Source of the DNA: a virus
Lineage: Duplodnaviria; Caudoviricetes
Virus record (IMG/VR): IMGVR_UViG_3300024981_000261
Location: 1-49,695 of that record
Direction: 5' to 3' (one strand)
DNA length: 49,695 nt
This document shows, one piece after another, positions 48,023 to 49,695 of this stretch. The notes below the pieces were generated by a model, which was not told the origin of the DNA, did not search any database, and saw only the letters and a program-made list of their open reading frames with translations. The position numbers and the translations under genes were made by a program. The stretch's first letter is position 1. Each line of letters begins with the position of its first letter.

Positions 48023-48098
48023 TAAGCAAACTACTCAAGTACTATTTGTCCAAAGCCTACTAATCACATGGTAGGCTTTTTTCATGCCTTTATCTTTA
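48023..48098 (+). promoter_or_regulatory. Putative late promoter motif, copy 2
   Basis: TAAGCAAAC 48023, ACTATTTGTCC 48041, TATCTTTA 48091. Confidence 0.5.
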
Positions 48099-48108
48099 AA
48101 TCAAAAAC

Positions 48109-48426
48109 ATGAAGATAGTACAAAATAAGTTTATACCGCCGAAAGGATTTATAGCTATTACGCTGTTTGGGATTGTGTTTGCAAGAAAAGAACTTAACGA
48201 AACGAGCAAGAATCACGAAGGGATACATATCAAGCAAGGAAACGAAATGCTTTGGATATTATTTTACTTATGGTATGGTATAGAGTGGTTAATAAGGCTT
48301 ATTCAGTATCGTGATAAGATGTTAGCGTACTATAATATTTCATTCGAACGGGAGGCGTATATCAATCAATTAGATGATGAATATTTAAACAAAAGGAAGC
48401 TGTTTTCATGGATTAAATACTTATAA
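48109..48426 (+). CDS. Small zincin-like HExxH protein
   Basis: HEGIH and ISFEREAY. Confidence 0.7.
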   Translation: MKIVQNKFIPPKGFIAITLFGIVFARKELNETSKNHEGIHIKQGNEMLWILFYLWYGIEWLIRLIQYRDKMLAYYNISFEREAYINQLDDEYLNKRKLFSWIKYL

Positions 48427-48499
48427 GCAAACAAAATAGATACTGTTTACTCGTAAAAGCATATTCAGGTAATAGGTTTTTAAGCTATAAGTAACTTTA
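48424..48499 (+). promoter_or_regulatory. Putative late promoter motif, copy 3
   Basis: TAAGCAAAC 48424, ACTGTTTACTC 48442, TAACTTTA 48492. Confidence 0.5.
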
Positions 48500-48514
48500 A
48501 AATAAAAAAAAATA

Positions 48515-48994
48515 ATGACAGGCGAATTATTTATAAATGACAAAGACGCATGGTCTACATGGAATGTGAAGTTAGCGGATAACTCTTATGAAAATCTGCT
48601 TTCTCCATATCCTATGAAGTCATATATAGAAAATGAGTCTCGTTCTCAAGACGGCAAACAAGTTTTCATAACTAACCCAAAGAAAAACAGCAGGCAGATT
48701 ATATTAATTTTCGACATTACTTGTTCTTCTAGAAGTGAATACTTAACCAAGTATAAAGACTTCAAGAATGAGATAAGTAACGGACAAATTAAGCTAGCTG
48801 TGACATCAATAGATGAAACTTACTATTTGTATATGGAAGATCCTCAAAGCCTTGATATGGGCATAGGCTTTACGGATGGGAAAGTAGCTGTTCGATTTAC
48901 GGAGCCTTTAGGCGAAACTATAATTTATGATGTTCTTGCTACTGAAGGGCAAAGCATATTAATTACAGATGATAATAAAACATTATTAATATAA
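48515..48994 (+). CDS. Distal tail (Dit-like) protein
   Basis: LFINDKDA..TW, ENESR..DG, FTEP motifs. Confidence 0.6.
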   Translation: MTGELFINDKDAWSTWNVKLADNSYENLLSPYPMKSYIENESRSQDGKQVFITNPKKNSRQIILIFDITCSSRSEYLTKYKDFKNEISNGQIKLAVTSIDETYYLYMEDPQSLDMGIGFTDGKVAVRFTEPLGETIIYDVLATEGQSILITDDNKTLLI

Positions 48995-48995
48995 A

Positions 48996-49163
48996 ATGGC
49001 AACAAATATAGAACAAGAACCAACTCCTATATCAAGCCTTCCAGAAGCAGAGGTTTTGATTGGTTTTACAGTACCAGGGATACAGGAAGGCAGAACCGTA
49101 AAGGTTGATCTAGGATCTTCATTTGTGACAGTTCCAATTTTAGACACTGAATTTTTCACTTAA
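48996..49163 (+). CDS. 55-aa tail-associated peptide (not in ORF track)
   Basis: ISSLPEA motif typical of tail-fibre N-termini. Confidence 0.55.
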   Translation: MATNIEQEPTPISSLPEAEVLIGFTVPGIQEGRTVKVDLGSSFVTVPILDTEFFT

Positions 49164-49176
49164 TAAATATAATATT

Positions 49177-49695
49177 ATGCCATCTACTGGGCAAGCGATA
49201 AAAGTTGGGGATATTTGGACGAACATATTATCTTCAGAAACAGGCGAAAATGTCAATTATATAGAAGTATCACAATTTGCGGATGGTACTGAAATGTCCG
49301 ATTCGAAACTAGACAATGTAATATATAGAAAGAAAGGGGATTTGTATTTAAGACAAGCTTTTGATCTTACTAAAAGTCGCACATTAACAGTCAATACTGT
49401 AAATGATATCCGTTACATGTCGTTGCAGAATATAATACTTTTAAAACTAGGGTATTATGACAAAGTGACTACAAAAGGTTACTATGCTGATAGTGACGGT
49501 GGAGCTGCCTCTTATTCCATCATGGAAAGTCTTGGAGTTGATGATGGGTTCTTGACTATAAATGCTGTTAATGCAACATTGTCTATATCTCTTTCATTGA
49601 TACAGGAACGTTTTGTGTCATCAAAACAAGCAGGTGTAAAAGGAGATGGTATAACTGATGACACAGTGCAAATGCAGTTATTTGCTAATTCTATT
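49177..49695 (+). CDS. Tail spike / pectate-lyase-like depolymerase, N-terminal part, runs off window
   Basis: Open to window end; TKGYYADSDGGAASY and GVKGDGITDDT motifs. Confidence 0.75.
   Translation, partial: MPSTGQAIKVGDIWTNILSSETGENVNYIEVSQFADGTEMSDSKLDNVIYRKKGDLYLRQAFDLTKSRTLTVNTVNDIRYMSLQNIILLKLGYYDKVTTKGYYADSDGGAASYSIMESLGVDDGFLTINAVNATLSISLSLIQERFVSSKQAGVKGDGITDDTVQMQLFANSI

Larger units (their letters stand above)
1..49695. mobile_element. Temperate siphovirus-like phage/prophage segment, probable Bacteroidota host
   Basis: Repressor, recombination, replication, terminase, portal, capsid and tape-measure modules in lambdoid order; ends, integrase and lysis genes not in window. Confidence 0.95.

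Noticed and set aside
43809-49695. Diversity-generating retroelement or invertible tail-fibre system
   Set aside because: No reverse transcriptase, TR/VR pair or invertase seen; could lie beyond the window
1-49695. Integrase, att sites, holin/endolysin
   Set aside because: No recognisable motifs in this window, so prophage versus free phage cannot be decided

Overview
The whole window is a contiguous piece of an AT-rich temperate siphovirus-type phage or prophage. The host is probably Bacteroidota, inferred from TTTG...TAnnTTTG promoters, A-rich leaders without Shine-Dalgarno sites and Bacteroidetes-phage-type proteins. Order: CI-like repressor and operators; early accessory genes with structured non-coding RNA; ERF/YqaJ/SSB recombination; SNF2-like helicase plus DNA methyltransferase; replication initiator and DnaB; a long run of small accessory ORFs; terminase, portal, MuF, an inserted HTH-controlled accessory operon, capsid and tail genes; tape measure, tail hub, a minus-strand moron, a Dit-like gene and a truncated tail spike. 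No integrase, att site or lysis cassette is visible. Most notable: (i) a perfect 36-bp duplication around a 30-bp insert inside a gene, matching Cas1-Cas2 spacer-integration geometry; (ii) two anticodon-less tRNA mimics plus a CCA/poly(A)-polymerase-head-like nucleotidyltransferase; (iii) a predicted kissing-loop small RNA in the immunity region; (iv) a fixed-spacing motif that looks like a late promoter restarting transcription after inserted blocks; (v) shared linker repeats bracketing accessory genes; (vi) a minimal kinase-like gene coupled to MuF and a PLD gene plus micro-peptide before terminase. All family calls are by-eye motif recognition; no searches were run.
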